Positions 18,793-27,551 of a stretch of DNA of 32,000 nucleotides are shown here, in pieces (the stretch's first letter is position 1; each line of letters starts with the position of its first letter). The notes below the pieces were generated by a model. The model was not told the origin of the DNA. It searched no databases and saw nothing but the letters and a program-made list of their open reading frames with translations. Source of the stretch: an uncultured Actinomycetes bacterium. GTDB taxonomy: Bacteria > Actinomycetota > Actinomycetes > S36-B12 > CAIYMF01. The stretch spans positions 450,001 through 482,000 of the forward strand of contig CAWJMG010000003.1 in the NCBI GenBank assembly GCA_963843975.1. Reading direction: 5' to 3'. The position numbers were made by a program, and so were the translations under genes.

Positions 18793-19632
18793 ATGACCAC
18801 GCCCATGCGCGGTGCCGCGCTCGTCACCGGATGCTCGACGGGCATCGGGCGCGCCACCGCCCTCGCCCTGCACGAGGCCGGCTTCGCCGTCGTCGCCACC
18901 GCCCGCAAGCCCGAGACGCTCGCGGAGCTCGCTGCCCTCGGCATCGAGACGCTCGCCCTCGACGTCACGTCCGAGCAGTCGATGGTGGACGCCGTCCGCA
19001 CGGTCGAAGAGCGCCACGGCCACGTGTCGGTCCTGGTCAACAACGCGGGCTACGCGCTCCAGGGGCCGATCGAGGACACCTCGGTCGACGCGGTGCGCGC
19101 GCAGCTCGAGACCAACGTCGTCGGCCTCGTCCGCCTCACGCAGCTGGTGCTCCCCGGCATGCGGGCCGCGAAGGCCGCTCGCGTCGTCAACATCGGCTCG
19201 ATGGGCGGCCGGTTCACCTTCGCCGGCGGCGGTTTCTACCACGCGAGCAAGCACGCGGTGGAGGCCGTCAGTGACGCGCTGCGGCTCGAGGTCGCGCCGT
19301 TCGGCGTCCACGTCGTACTGATCCAGCCAGGGCCGGTGACGTCGGCCTTCGTCGACGCCGCCGTGGCCACGCTCGAGCCCGGCGACGGACCGTACGCCGC
19401 CTTCCGCGCCGAGCTCGCCGACCGCTACCGCAAGGCGTACGACGGCTCGGGCAGCAACATGGAGGTCTCGCCCGAGACCGTCGCCGCCGTGGTCGTGAAG
19501 GCCGCGACGTCGAGCCGTCCGCGTGCCCGCTACGCCGTCGGCGTCATGGCGAAGACGCTCATCACGACGAGGCGGCTGCTGCCCGACGTCGCGTGGGACG
19601 GCCTCATGCGCCGCGTGTGGCCGACGCCCTGA
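18793..19632 (+). CDS. SDR family oxidoreductase
   Basis: 279 aa with TGCSTGIG cofactor motif, NNAG and catalytic YHASK. Confidence 0.85.
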   Translation: MTTPMRGAALVTGCSTGIGRATALALHEAGFAVVATARKPETLAELAALGIETLALDVTSEQSMVDAVRTVEERHGHVSVLVNNAGYALQGPIEDTSVDAVRAQLETNVVGLVRLTQLVLPGMRAAKAARVVNIGSMGGRFTFAGGGFYHASKHAVEAVSDALRLEVAPFGVHVVLIQPGPVTSAFVDAAVATLEPGDGPYAAFRAELADRYRKAYDGSGSNMEVSPETVAAVVVKAATSSRPRARYAVGVMAKTLITTRRLLPDVAWDGLMRRVWPTP

Positions 19633-20208
19633 TCAGTCGAGGCGCTTGAGGTCGGCCCGGTACCAGTGCCCGTTGTGCACGTACGTCTCCACGGCGTACG
19701 TGAACGCGCCCTCGGCCACGGCGTCCTCGCGGATCTTCACCGGGACGCCGAGCGCCATCGCGCGCGAAGGGATGTCGGTGCCGTTGGGCACGAGGGCGCC
19801 GGCGCCGACGAGCGCGCCACGGTGCACCACGACGCGATGCAGCACCACCGACCCCGAGCCGATGAGGCAGTCGTCCTCGACCGTGCAGCCCTCGAGATGG
19901 GCGTTGTGGCCCACGACGCAGCGGTCGCCGATCGTCGTCGGGAGGTCGGCCGTGCAGTGCACGACGGTGCCGTCCTGCACCGAGGTCTGCGCCCCGACGA
20001 CGATCCGTCCGTGGTCGCCGCGCAGCACCGCGGTCGGCCACACGGTGGACTCCGGGCCGATCGTGACGTCGCCGATGATCACGGCGTCCGGGTGCACGAA
20101 CGCGGCCGGATCGATCGTGGGCACGCGGTCGCCGAGGGCGTAGATCGGCACGGGAGCCTCCGGGACGAATCGGACGGGTCGGGCGTCGGCGGGGCCGATG
20201 TGAGCCAT
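19633..20208 (-). CDS. Gamma carbonic anhydrase-like / hexapeptide-repeat protein
   Basis: PIYALGDRVPTIDPAAFVHPDAVIIGDVTIG is followed by left-handed beta-helix hexapeptide repeats. ATG at 20208 is chosen; a shorter start near VPIYAL is possible. Confidence 0.78.
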   Translation of the reverse strand: MAHIGPADARPVRFVPEAPVPIYALGDRVPTIDPAAFVHPDAVIIGDVTIGPESTVWPTAVLRGDHGRIVVGAQTSVQDGTVVHCTADLPTTIGDRCVVGHNAHLEGCTVEDDCLIGSGSVVLHRVVVHRGALVGAGALVPNGTDIPSRAMALGVPVKIREDAVAEGAFTYAVETYVHNGHWYRADLKRLD

Positions 20209-20345
20209 CCCACCACCTGGGGGTACCGGTCGGCGCACGGGCTCGGGATGATTCCGACCCGGTACGGCGTTCAACGGGCTGCTCGACCTCGACGTGACCT
20301 CCGACGACGTGGGCCGCGCACGAACCGCACGCGAAGAAGGACGGA

Positions 20346-20642
20346 ATGGCTACTGACTACGACGCACCCCGCAAGACCGATGACGAGCTCGCCGAGGACA
20401 GCCTCGAGGAGCTGAAGGCCCAGCGCGCCACCAAGGCGTCCTCCAGCGTGGACGTCGACGAGGTGGAGCTCGCCGAGAACCTCGAGCTCCCCGGCGCCGA
20501 CCTGTCCGACGAGTCGCTCACGGTGCGGGTCATCCCGCGCCAGGCGGACGAGTTCACCTGCTCGACGTGCTTCCTCGTCCACCACCGCAGCCAGCTGGCC
20601 AAGGAGACCGCCAACGGTCCCGTGTGCCGCGACTGCGCCTGA
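20346..20642 (+). CDS. DUF4193-family protein (acidic N-terminus, C-terminal 4-Cys zinc-ribbon-like motif)
   Basis: 98 aa with ATG after GAAGGA. MATDYDAPRKTDDELAEDSLEELK... ends in CSTCFLVHHRSQL...PVCRDCA. The family name is from memory of the conserved dut neighbourhood. Confidence 0.78.
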   Translation: MATDYDAPRKTDDELAEDSLEELKAQRATKASSSVDVDEVELAENLELPGADLSDESLTVRVIPRQADEFTCSTCFLVHHRSQLAKETANGPVCRDCA

Positions 20643-20694
20643 GAACACTCCCGTCGGACGCAGCAGCGCCGACGACATCGTGCGAGGCTGGGGC

Positions 20695-21489
20695 ATGACC
20701 GAGCAGCAGCCCGCGCCCGAGGCGGCGCCCGACCAGGGCCGTGAGGTCGCCGACCTCGTCACCCAGCTGTCCGACGCCGACGCCTCCCGCAAGGAGCGCG
20801 CGTCGGCCCTCGGCCGCCTGTCGACGGTGGCCGCCGGCCGCGCCCGCGAGGCCGGCATCAAGGCCGTCGGCAGCGGCAAGTACATGGCCGACCTCCTGCT
20901 CGAGGCGGCGCCGCACATCCCGGTGCGCGACCTCGAGACGTTGAGCCTCCACCACAAGGGCCTCACCGGGGACGCCCTGGCCGACGCGCTCGTCCGCAAC
21001 GCGCAGCGCGCCACGGCCGGCATCGGCGCGGCCGGTGGCGCCGTGGCCGCCGCCGAGTGGGCTGCGATGCCCGTGCTCGTCGCCGTCCCGCTCGAGGTCG
21101 TCGTCGAGACGCTCGCCGTCGCCGCGGTCGAGGTGAAGCTGACGGCCGAGCTGCATGCCGTCTACGGCATCGACATCGAGGGCACCGGCACCCAGCGCGC
21201 GATCGCCTTCACGGGTGCCTGGGCCAACCGCCGCGGCCTCGACCCGATGAAGCCGTGGACGATCCCCAACGTGCTCGGCATCGCCGGCCGCCAGCAGCTG
21301 GCCAAGCGCATGCTCGGGCGGTTCGCCCGCAACCTCGGCACCGTGGTGCCGTTCCTCATCGGAGCGGTGGTGGGCGCGCAGATCAACCACCGCGAGACCA
21401 AGATGCTCGGGCTCGCGCTGCGCACCGACCTGCAGCGCGTCGCCGCCGAGCGGGCCGCGGCCGCAGGGCAGCCGCAGATCAGCGGCTGA
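20695..21489 (+). CDS. Conserved Ala/Gly-rich hypothetical protein (possibly EcsC-like)
   Basis: The ORF has coding-like composition throughout. A Gly/Ala-rich tract, an amphipathic segment and AELHAVYGID loosely recall EcsC-family layout. ATG 20695 is preferred to GTG 20680. Confidence 0.55.
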   Translation: MTEQQPAPEAAPDQGREVADLVTQLSDADASRKERASALGRLSTVAAGRAREAGIKAVGSGKYMADLLLEAAPHIPVRDLETLSLHHKGLTGDALADALVRNAQRATAGIGAAGGAVAAAEWAAMPVLVAVPLEVVVETLAVAAVEVKLTAELHAVYGIDIEGTGTQRAIAFTGAWANRRGLDPMKPWTIPNVLGIAGRQQLAKRMLGRFARNLGTVVPFLIGAVVGAQINHRETKMLGLALRTDLQRVAAERAAAAGQPQISG

Positions 21490-21784
21490 TCAGCTGCTGA
21501 TCGCGCGGCGCTTGGGCGCCGTCATGCGGTCGATGGCCACGTTCACGAGCGCGATGGCCACGGCGGTGGTCGCGGCGTACACCAGGACCCGGCCGATGTT
21601 CACGTCGCGGTCCGCGGCCTTGGGCGGGGCTGCACCGGTGGCTTTCTTGTAGGCGCCGTCGAGGGTCTTGCGCACCAGCCAGGCGGCACCGAGCGCGATC
21701 ACCGGTGCGGCGACCTTGAGCGCGGTCGACGCCTCGACGAGCTCGTCGTCGTCCAGGGCGGGGAAGCTCGAGATCGTCGGACAT
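21490..21784 (-). CDS. DUF4235-like small membrane-associated protein, apparent 1-nt frameshift near the 5' end
   Basis: The body ALKVAAPVIALGAAWLVRKTLDGAYKKATG...RVLVYAATTAVAIALVNVAIDR is in the frame of ORF 21490..21834. A strong GGAGGG-N4-ATG at 21784 opens the other frame (MSDDLELP). The frames join at a C4 run (G4 on the plus strand, 21760-21763). The alternative is a GTG start at 21834 with a junk-like N-terminus. Confidence 0.55.
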
Positions 21785-21817
21785 GGGTCCCTCCGGGGCA
21801 GGTGGTGCGGTCGGGTG

Positions 21818-22333
21818 TCAGCCTGCCACGTCACGCGACGCGTCGCGTGCGGCTGCGAGGACAGGTGCCAGCTCGCGGCAGCGCCGCGAGGAGATGAGCC
21901 AGTACGGGTGCGGGTCGTCGGGGTCGTCGACCTCGACGAGGACCGACGTCGGGATCCAGCCGCGGAGGCAGAGATAGGCGCGCGGGTCGGCCTTGGTGCC
22001 GCGGGCCTCGCGCGTGCGCTCGGCGTCCAGCGTGGCGACGCGGGCGATGTGCCGCAGCGGCAGCCGAGCGCGACCGGCGCGCAGGACGGCGTCGTCCACG
22101 ACGACGACGGGAGCGGTCACGAGCAGCAGCGCGGCCACGAGCGCCTCGGCGACGACGAACGTGACGATCCCCGTGAGCGCGCCGAGCCGGAACCCGTAGG
22201 CGATGCCCAGCGTGGCCATGAGCAGCGTGGCGAGTGCCCAGAGCCACCAGGGGGCGTGCAGTCGCTCCCGGTAGGCGACGACGGTGCCGTCGACGCCCTC
22301 CGCGCTCGTGCTGCCCTGCTCGTCCCCGGTCAT
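21818..22333 (-). CDS. DUF3093-family membrane protein
   Basis: ATG at 22333. YRERLHAPWWLWALATLLMATLGIAYG gives two TM segments, followed by a soluble C-terminal domain (AYLCLRGWIPTSVLVEVDDPDDPHPYWLISS). It is the usual neighbour of dut in Actinobacteria. Confidence 0.7.
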   Translation of the reverse strand: MTGDEQGSTSAEGVDGTVVAYRERLHAPWWLWALATLLMATLGIAYGFRLGALTGIVTFVVAEALVAALLLVTAPVVVVDDAVLRAGRARLPLRHIARVATLDAERTREARGTKADPRAYLCLRGWIPTSVLVEVDDPDDPHPYWLISSRRCRELAPVLAAARDASRDVAG

Positions 22334-22385
22334 GCTCCGAGCCTGCCACGGCGGTGCCGTGCCGCCCACGGGTAGGGTCGGCGAC

Positions 22386-22994
22386 GTGACGAGCGACGCC
22401 GGTGTCCCCGCTCGTGGGGGCCTCCTGCCCACCACCCCTCCGCCGGACGCCGTGCTGCCCGAGCGCAACCCGAACGCGCCGGCGCCGGGCCAGCCGATCC
22501 CCAGCCACTACACCCGCTGCTTCGTCTGCGGCGACGACCACGAGGCCGGGCTGCACCTCGAGCTCGTGGCGGGCGAGGGAGTTGCGCTCACCGGGACGTT
22601 CACCGTCTCCGAGCACCACCAGGGCGCGCCCGGCCTCGCCCACGGCGGACTGCTGACCGCGGCGTTCGACGACGCGCTCGGGTCGCTCAACTGGCTGCTC
22701 TCCGCACCTGCGGTGACGGGCCGGCTCGAGACCGACTTCCGCCGACCGGTCCCGGTCGGCTCGACGCTGCACATCCGGGCCGAGGTCGTCGGGGTGAAGG
22801 GGCGCAAGGTCTTCACCAAGGCCGTCGGCCGCCTCGGATCGCCCGACGGCCCGGTCGCCCTCACGGCTGCGGCGCTGTTCATCCAGGTGCCGATCGAGCA
22901 CTTCACCGCCAACGGCCGCCCCGAGGACGTCGAGAAGGCGCGCGAGGACCGCGCGGTGCGCCGCAGCGTCGAGAACCTCGAGGTGAACCCGTGA
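22386..22994 (+). CDS. PaaI/hotdog-fold thioesterase
   Basis: CFVCGDDHEAGLHL, HHQGAPGLAHGGLLTAAFDDALG and hotdog-fold layout. The start (GTG 22386) is uncertain. Confidence 0.7.
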   Translation: MTSDAGVPARGGLLPTTPPPDAVLPERNPNAPAPGQPIPSHYTRCFVCGDDHEAGLHLELVAGEGVALTGTFTVSEHHQGAPGLAHGGLLTAAFDDALGSLNWLLSAPAVTGRLETDFRRPVPVGSTLHIRAEVVGVKGRKVFTKAVGRLGSPDGPVALTAAALFIQVPIEHFTANGRPEDVEKAREDRAVRRSVENLEVNP

Positions 22995-23452
22995 CGTCGA
23001 CCCCGCGTCCGCCCCATGCCGTCGACGTCCTGCTCCAGCGCCTGCACCCCGGCGTGCGGGTGCCGACGTACGCCCACCCCGGCGACGCAGGGCTCGACCT
23101 GGTCACCACCGAGGCGGCCGTCATCGAGCCGGGGGAGCGCGCGCTGCTGCCCACAGGGATCGCGATCGCGCTGCCCGAGGGGTACGCCGCGTTCGTGCAC
23201 CCGCGGTCCGGCCTCGCGGTGAAGTTCGGCGTGTCCCTTGTCAACGCCCCGGGGACGATCGATGCCGGCTACCGCGGCGAGATCAAGGTGTCGGTGGTCA
23301 ACCTCGACCCGCGCGCGGCCGTGACGTTCGCCGCGGGCGACCGCATCGCCCAGCTCGTGGTGCAGCGGGTGGAGCACGCGGTGCTGCACGAGGTCGAACG
23401 CCTGCCCGGATCGGACCGCGGCGAGGGTGGATTCGGCTCGTCCGGCCGCTAG
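22991..23452 (+). CDS. dut: dUTP diphosphatase
   Basis: 153 aa with motifs GDAGLDL, HPRSGLA, GTIDAGYRGE and RGEGGFGSSG. GTG overlaps the upstream stop (GTGA). Confidence 0.92.
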   Translation: MTSTPRPPHAVDVLLQRLHPGVRVPTYAHPGDAGLDLVTTEAAVIEPGERALLPTGIAIALPEGYAAFVHPRSGLAVKFGVSLVNAPGTIDAGYRGEIKVSVVNLDPRAAVTFAAGDRIAQLVVQRVEHAVLHEVERLPGSDRGEGGFGSSGR

Positions 23453-23541
23453 CGTCTGACCTGCCCACGGCGCACCGCGCCGCTGGGGGAGAATCGTCCT
23501 CGGGCCCGACCCGAGCCCAGCACGCCAACGAAGGAGTCCCG

Positions 23542-24291
23542 GTGTTCCGTCGCCGCAAGGGCCAGGATCAGGAATCCACCGAGCCCACCGAGGTCGTCGA
23601 CGTCGAGGTCGACGACGAGGCCGCGGAGGTCCCCTCCATCGACCGCTCGCGCGGTCCGTACGACCTCGCCGAGGCGCCCGACGACGGCCTCGCCCGGCTC
23701 GACCTCGGAGGCCTGCACGTCGCCGGCGCGGAGGGCATGGAGATCCGGCTCGAGGTCGACGAGGCGACGCAGAACGTCGTCGCCGTCACCGCGGTGAATG
23801 CCGACTCCGCCCTGCAGCTGACGGCCTTCGCCGCACCGCGCACCGAGGGCATCTGGAACGACGTCCGCCGCGACATCCGCGCGAGCCTCGCGAGCAACGG
23901 AACGGTCGACGAGGTCGACGGCGAGTTCGGCACCGAGCTGCTCGCCACGCTGCCGATGCAGGGCCCGAACGGCCAGGTGCTGCCGCAGCCGGTGCGCTTC
24001 GTCGGCGTCGACGGCCCGCGCTGGTTCCTGCGCGGCCTCTTCACCGGGCGTGCGGCGCGCGAGGGCGGTGCCGCTGCTCCGCTCGAAGCAGTGCTGCGCG
24101 CGACCGTCGTCGTCCGTGGCAGCGACCCGATGGCTCCGGGCGACGCGCTCCCGCTGCGGGTGCCGACCAGCGTGCCGGAGGGCATCACCCGCAACGGCGA
24201 CGACGAGGACGGCGACGACGACGCTGCCCCCGACCGTCGTACTCCGCTCCCTCCCCCCGAGCGCGGCCCGGAGATCACCGAGATCCGCTAG
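23542..24291 (+). CDS. DUF3710-family protein
   Basis: 249 aa with GTG after GAAGGAG. GPYDLAEAPDDGLARLDLGGLHV and VRFVGVDGPRWFLRGLFTG match my memory of this actinobacterial family downstream of dut. Confidence 0.72.
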   Translation: MFRRRKGQDQESTEPTEVVDVEVDDEAAEVPSIDRSRGPYDLAEAPDDGLARLDLGGLHVAGAEGMEIRLEVDEATQNVVAVTAVNADSALQLTAFAAPRTEGIWNDVRRDIRASLASNGTVDEVDGEFGTELLATLPMQGPNGQVLPQPVRFVGVDGPRWFLRGLFTGRAAREGGAAAPLEAVLRATVVVRGSDPMAPGDALPLRVPTSVPEGITRNGDDEDGDDDAAPDRRTPLPPPERGPEITEIR

Positions 24292-24989
24292 AGGTCGTCG
24301 AGCGCGGCCCTCGCCGCGCGACCGAGGGCACCGCTGTCCTCGGCGGGGGCGTTGCGCGGCACGACGACCAGCCGCGCACCCGGGATGGCGTCGGCCCAGG
24401 CCTCGGCGACCGACGCCGGGTGCAGGGCGTCGTCGGCCAGGGCCACGACCACCACCCGCGCGCGGATGCGCGCCAGCTCCTCGAGGGTCGGTGCCCGGCT
24501 CCCGGACGCCGCCCTCAGCGATCGGGCGAGGGTCGCCGGATCGGCGTCGGTCCAGGCCCGCACCAGCTCGTCGACCACCCAGTCGTCGCCGGACTCGGCC
24601 GTCAGTCGAGCGAGGATCCCGGCAGTGCCCTCCAGCTCGATCTCCTCGGCGCTCGACGCCGTGAGGGCTGCGAGGTCGTCCGGCGGTCCGGTCCACGCCG
24701 GCATCGCGAGCACGAGCTCGGGCAGGTGCGCGCCGGGTCTGCCCGCGGCCCACGCGGCCACCGCGTGAGCGCCCAGGGAGATCCCGCCGACGAGGGTGAG
24801 TCGTCTTCCTTCGGCGGCGACGGCGCATGCGGTCGAGGCGAGGCGGTCGACCACTGTGTCGAGGTCGCCGCGCCCGTCGACAGCGAGCAGGTCGGCGTCG
24901 GGTGCCGCCCGGCCGAGCAGGCGCGTGACCGCATCGCGGGTCGACCCTGCGCCGTGCACCAGGACGGCGGCGTCCCCTCGGCTGGTCAC
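24288..24989 (-). CDS. Alpha/beta hydrolase-fold protein
   Basis: 233 aa with VLVHGAGST, nucleophile elbow GISLGAH and a C-terminal D...H region. The stop overlaps the DUF3710 stop (CTAG). Confidence 0.6.
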   Translation of the reverse strand: MTSRGDAAVLVHGAGSTRDAVTRLLGRAAPDADLLAVDGRGDLDTVVDRLASTACAVAAEGRRLTLVGGISLGAHAVAAWAAGRPGAHLPELVLAMPAWTGPPDDLAALTASSAEEIELEGTAGILARLTAESGDDWVVDELVRAWTDADPATLARSLRAASGSRAPTLEELARIRARVVVVALADDALHPASVAEAWADAIPGARLVVVPRNAPAEDSGALGRAARAALDDL

Positions 24990-25051
24990 GCGGTGATCCT
25001 GCCGTGCTCCCCGACCGGGTGGCGAGACCGGCGCCCCGGGGGCCGCCGGGT

Positions 25052-25057
25052 TAGCCT
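25052..25057 (+). promoter_or_regulatory. Candidate -10 box (TAGCCT) for a leaderless OB-fold gene transcript
   Basis: A TANNNT hexamer lies 6 nt upstream of GTG 25064, with no SD. Confidence 0.25.
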
Positions 25058-25063
25058 GTCGGG

Positions 25064-25435
25064 GTGAGCAGCAGCCGTCCCGGCCTCTTCGCTCGCCTGC
25101 TGCGCACGCAGGCCGAGCTCGACGCCGACCGCCTCGAGACCGAGGCCACCGCGCAGGGCGCGACCCTCGTCCGCGACTGCCAGGGCGGGTGCGTCAGCAC
25201 CGTGTCCGGCCGGCTGCGCTCGGTCACCCTGCGACCGGTCGGGGGAGCACCGGCCGTCGAGGCCGAGTTGTGGGACGGCACGGGTCGGCTGACGCTGCTG
25301 TTCCTCGGCCGGCGTCGCATCCCGGGCATCTCCCCGGGACGTCACCTCGTCGTGCACGGGCGCGCGATCGTGCGCGACGGCGACCGCACGATGGTCAACC
25401 CGCGCTACGAGCTGCTGCCGACCTCGGCCGACTGA
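25064..25435 (+). CDS. OB-fold nucleic-acid-binding domain protein
   Basis: 123 aa. VSGRLRSVTLRPVGGAPAVEAELWDGTGRLTLLFLGRRRIPGISPGRHLVVHGR is the conserved small OB-fold protein preceding DUF3159 in Actinobacteria. Confidence 0.7.
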   Translation: MSSSRPGLFARLLRTQAELDADRLETEATAQGATLVRDCQGGCVSTVSGRLRSVTLRPVGGAPAVEAELWDGTGRLTLLFLGRRRIPGISPGRHLVVHGRAIVRDGDRTMVNPRYELLPTSAD

Positions 25436-25436
25436 G

Positions 25437-26171
25437 ATGAGCACCCCCGACGACGCGTCCGCTGCGCCGGAGGCCGACCACCATGTGGTGGCCGAGGCGC
25501 TGCACCTCGACGGCGGCACCGGCACGGCCGGCGACGCCACCACCGAGCAGCTCATGGCCAACGCGATCGGTGGCTGGCGCGGCCTCATCGACGGCTCGCT
25601 GCCCTCGCTCGTCTTCCTGATCGTCTTCCTCGTCACCGGCCAGCAGCTCATGCCTGCTGTGTGGGGCGCCGTCATCGCCGGTGCGCTGATCGCGGTCCTG
25701 CGCCTCGTGCGCCGGCAGTCGCTGCAGCAGGTGCTGTCGGGCTTCATCGGCGTCGCGTTCTGCGCCTGGTTCGCGAGCCGCACCGGCAACGCCGAGGACT
25801 TCTACCTCCCCGGCCTGCTCGTCAACGTCGCCTACGGCACGGTGCTCGCGATCTCGTGCCTCGTCGGCCACCCGTTGCTGGGGTACGGCGTGGGCGCGGC
25901 CACCGGCGACGTCACCGGCTGGCGCCGCGTGCCGGAGCAGCGCCGCGCGTACGCGCTCGCGACCTGGTTCTTCGTGGCGGTCTTCGCGCTTCGCCTGCTC
26001 GTGCAGGTGCCGCTCTACCTCGCCGGGGCGGTCGGAGCGCTCGGGACGGCCAAGCTCTTCATGGGCTGGCCGCTGTTCGCGCTGGCGGCGTACCTCGCCT
26101 TCCGCGTGATCACGCGCGCCCGGCGCGAGGCGCCGGTGCCTCCGCTCGAGGACGCCGAGCCCGAGGGCTAG
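25437..26171 (+). CDS. DUF3159-family integral membrane protein
   Basis: 244 aa with multiple TM segments. GGWRGLIDGSLPSLVFLIVF is typical of the family, and the synteny fits. Confidence 0.7.
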   Translation: MSTPDDASAAPEADHHVVAEALHLDGGTGTAGDATTEQLMANAIGGWRGLIDGSLPSLVFLIVFLVTGQQLMPAVWGAVIAGALIAVLRLVRRQSLQQVLSGFIGVAFCAWFASRTGNAEDFYLPGLLVNVAYGTVLAISCLVGHPLLGYGVGAATGDVTGWRRVPEQRRAYALATWFFVAVFALRLLVQVPLYLAGAVGALGTAKLFMGWPLFALAAYLAFRVITRARREAPVPPLEDAEPEG

Positions 26172-26824
26172 TCGCCCAGGAGCTCCTCGAGGGCGGTCTC
26201 CTGCTCGGCGCTCGCCACGAAGAGGAGCTCGTCGCCGGCCTCGAGGGTGTCGTCGGGGGACGGCGCGATGACGCGCGAGTCGCGGATGATCGCCACGAGC
26301 GCGGTGTCGGTGGGCCACGTGACGTCGCCGACGCGCGAGCTCACGACGCCCGCCGAGGCCGGAAGCGTCATCTCGACGAGGTTGGCGTCGCCCTGGCGGA
26401 ACGTGAACAGGCGCACGAGGTCGCCGACGGTCACGGCCTCCTCGACCAGGGCCGAGAGCATGCGCGGGGTCGACACGGCGACGTCGACGCCCCACGCCTC
26501 GTCGAACATCCACTCGTTCTTCGGGTGGTTCACGCGCGCGACGACGCGGGGTACGCCGTACTCGGTCTTCGCCAGCAGCGACACGACGAGGTTGACCTTG
26601 TCGTCGCCGGTCGCGGCGATGAGCACCTGGCACGCGGGGAGGTCCGCCTCGTCCAGGACCGCGACCTCGCAGGTGTCGCCGAGGAGCACCTCGGCACCCG
26701 GGACGACGCCCTCGCGACCCTTGTCCGGGTCGCGGTCGATCAGCAGGACCTGGTGGTAGTTGCTGAGAAGCTCGCGGGCGATGGCACGCCCGACCTTGCC
26801 GGCTCCGGCGATCGCGATCCTCAT
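26168..26824 (-). CDS. trkA: TrkA-family (RCK) potassium uptake regulatory protein
   Basis: MRIAIAGAGKVGRAIAREL Rossmann motif plus a C-terminal TrkA_C-like domain. ATG overlaps the upstream trkA stop (ATGA at 26821-26824). Confidence 0.85.
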   Translation of the reverse strand: MRIAIAGAGKVGRAIARELLSNYHQVLLIDRDPDKGREGVVPGAEVLLGDTCEVAVLDEADLPACQVLIAATGDDKVNLVVSLLAKTEYGVPRVVARVNHPKNEWMFDEAWGVDVAVSTPRMLSALVEEAVTVGDLVRLFTFRQGDANLVEMTLPASAGVVSSRVGDVTWPTDTALVAIIRDSRVIAPSPDDTLEAGDELLFVASAEQETALEELLGD

Positions 26825-27486
26825 GCCGACCCCTCCGGTCCGGCGGCGAACACCGCGGTGATGTCGGCACGGCGGGCAGGGTCGAGGAGCACGTGCAGCT
26901 GGTCGTCGGCCTGCACCACGGTGTCGGCGTTGGGGATCATGCCCTCGCCGAACCTGGTGATGAACGCGACGCGTGCGCCCGAGTCGCGCTCGAGGCGGGT
27001 GATGCGCTGGCCGACCCATGCCTCGGCGGCGCGGACCTGCGTGAGCGCCACCTTGCCGGAGCCGTCGCGCCACTCGTCGCCCACGGACTCGGGGAGGATC
27101 CGGCGCAGGATCTGGTCGGTCTGCCACGCGACGCTCGCGACCGTGGGGATGCCGAGACGCTGGTAGACCTCGGCGCGGCGGGGGTCGTAGATGCGGGCGA
27201 CGACGTTCTCGACGCCGAACGTCTCGCGGGCCACCCGGGCGGCGAGGATGTTGGAGTTGTCGCCGCTGCTGACCGCCGCGAAGGCGTGCGCGCGCTCGAT
27301 CCCGGCCTCGAGGAGCCGGTCGCGGTCGAAGCCGATGCCGGTGACGGTCGTGCCCGTGAAGCTCGGGTGGAGCTTGCGGAAGCTGGTGCTCTCCTGGTCC
27401 ATGACGGCGACCGAGTGACCGGCCTCGTTCAGCGTGTGGGCGAGCGCCGACCCCACGCGGCCGCACCCCATGATCACTACGTGCAC
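26821..27486 (-). CDS. trkA: TrkA-family (RCK) potassium uptake regulatory protein
   Basis: (V)HVVIMGCGRVGSALAHTL Rossmann motif plus a TrkA_C-like C-terminus. The GTG 27486 start is chosen by analogy to the MHVVIMG N-termini I recall for this family; ATG 27510 and ATG 27471 are possible. Confidence 0.82.
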   Translation of the reverse strand: MHVVIMGCGRVGSALAHTLNEAGHSVAVMDQESTSFRKLHPSFTGTTVTGIGFDRDRLLEAGIERAHAFAAVSSGDNSNILAARVARETFGVENVVARIYDPRRAEVYQRLGIPTVASVAWQTDQILRRILPESVGDEWRDGSGKVALTQVRAAEAWVGQRITRLERDSGARVAFITRFGEGMIPNADTVVQADDQLHVLLDPARRADITAVFAAGPEGSA

Positions 27487-27537
27487 GATCACAGACGCTA
27501 CACGGCACACCTCCGACGGCGTGGGCGGGACGGCGCG

Positions 27538-27543
27538 TAGGGT
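27538..27543 (+). promoter_or_regulatory. Candidate -10 box (TAGGGT) for a leaderless permease transcript
   Basis: A TANNNT hexamer lies 8 nt upstream of GTG 27552, in the 65-bp divergent gap shared with trkA. Confidence 0.25.
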
Positions 27544-27551
27544 TTGGCGAC

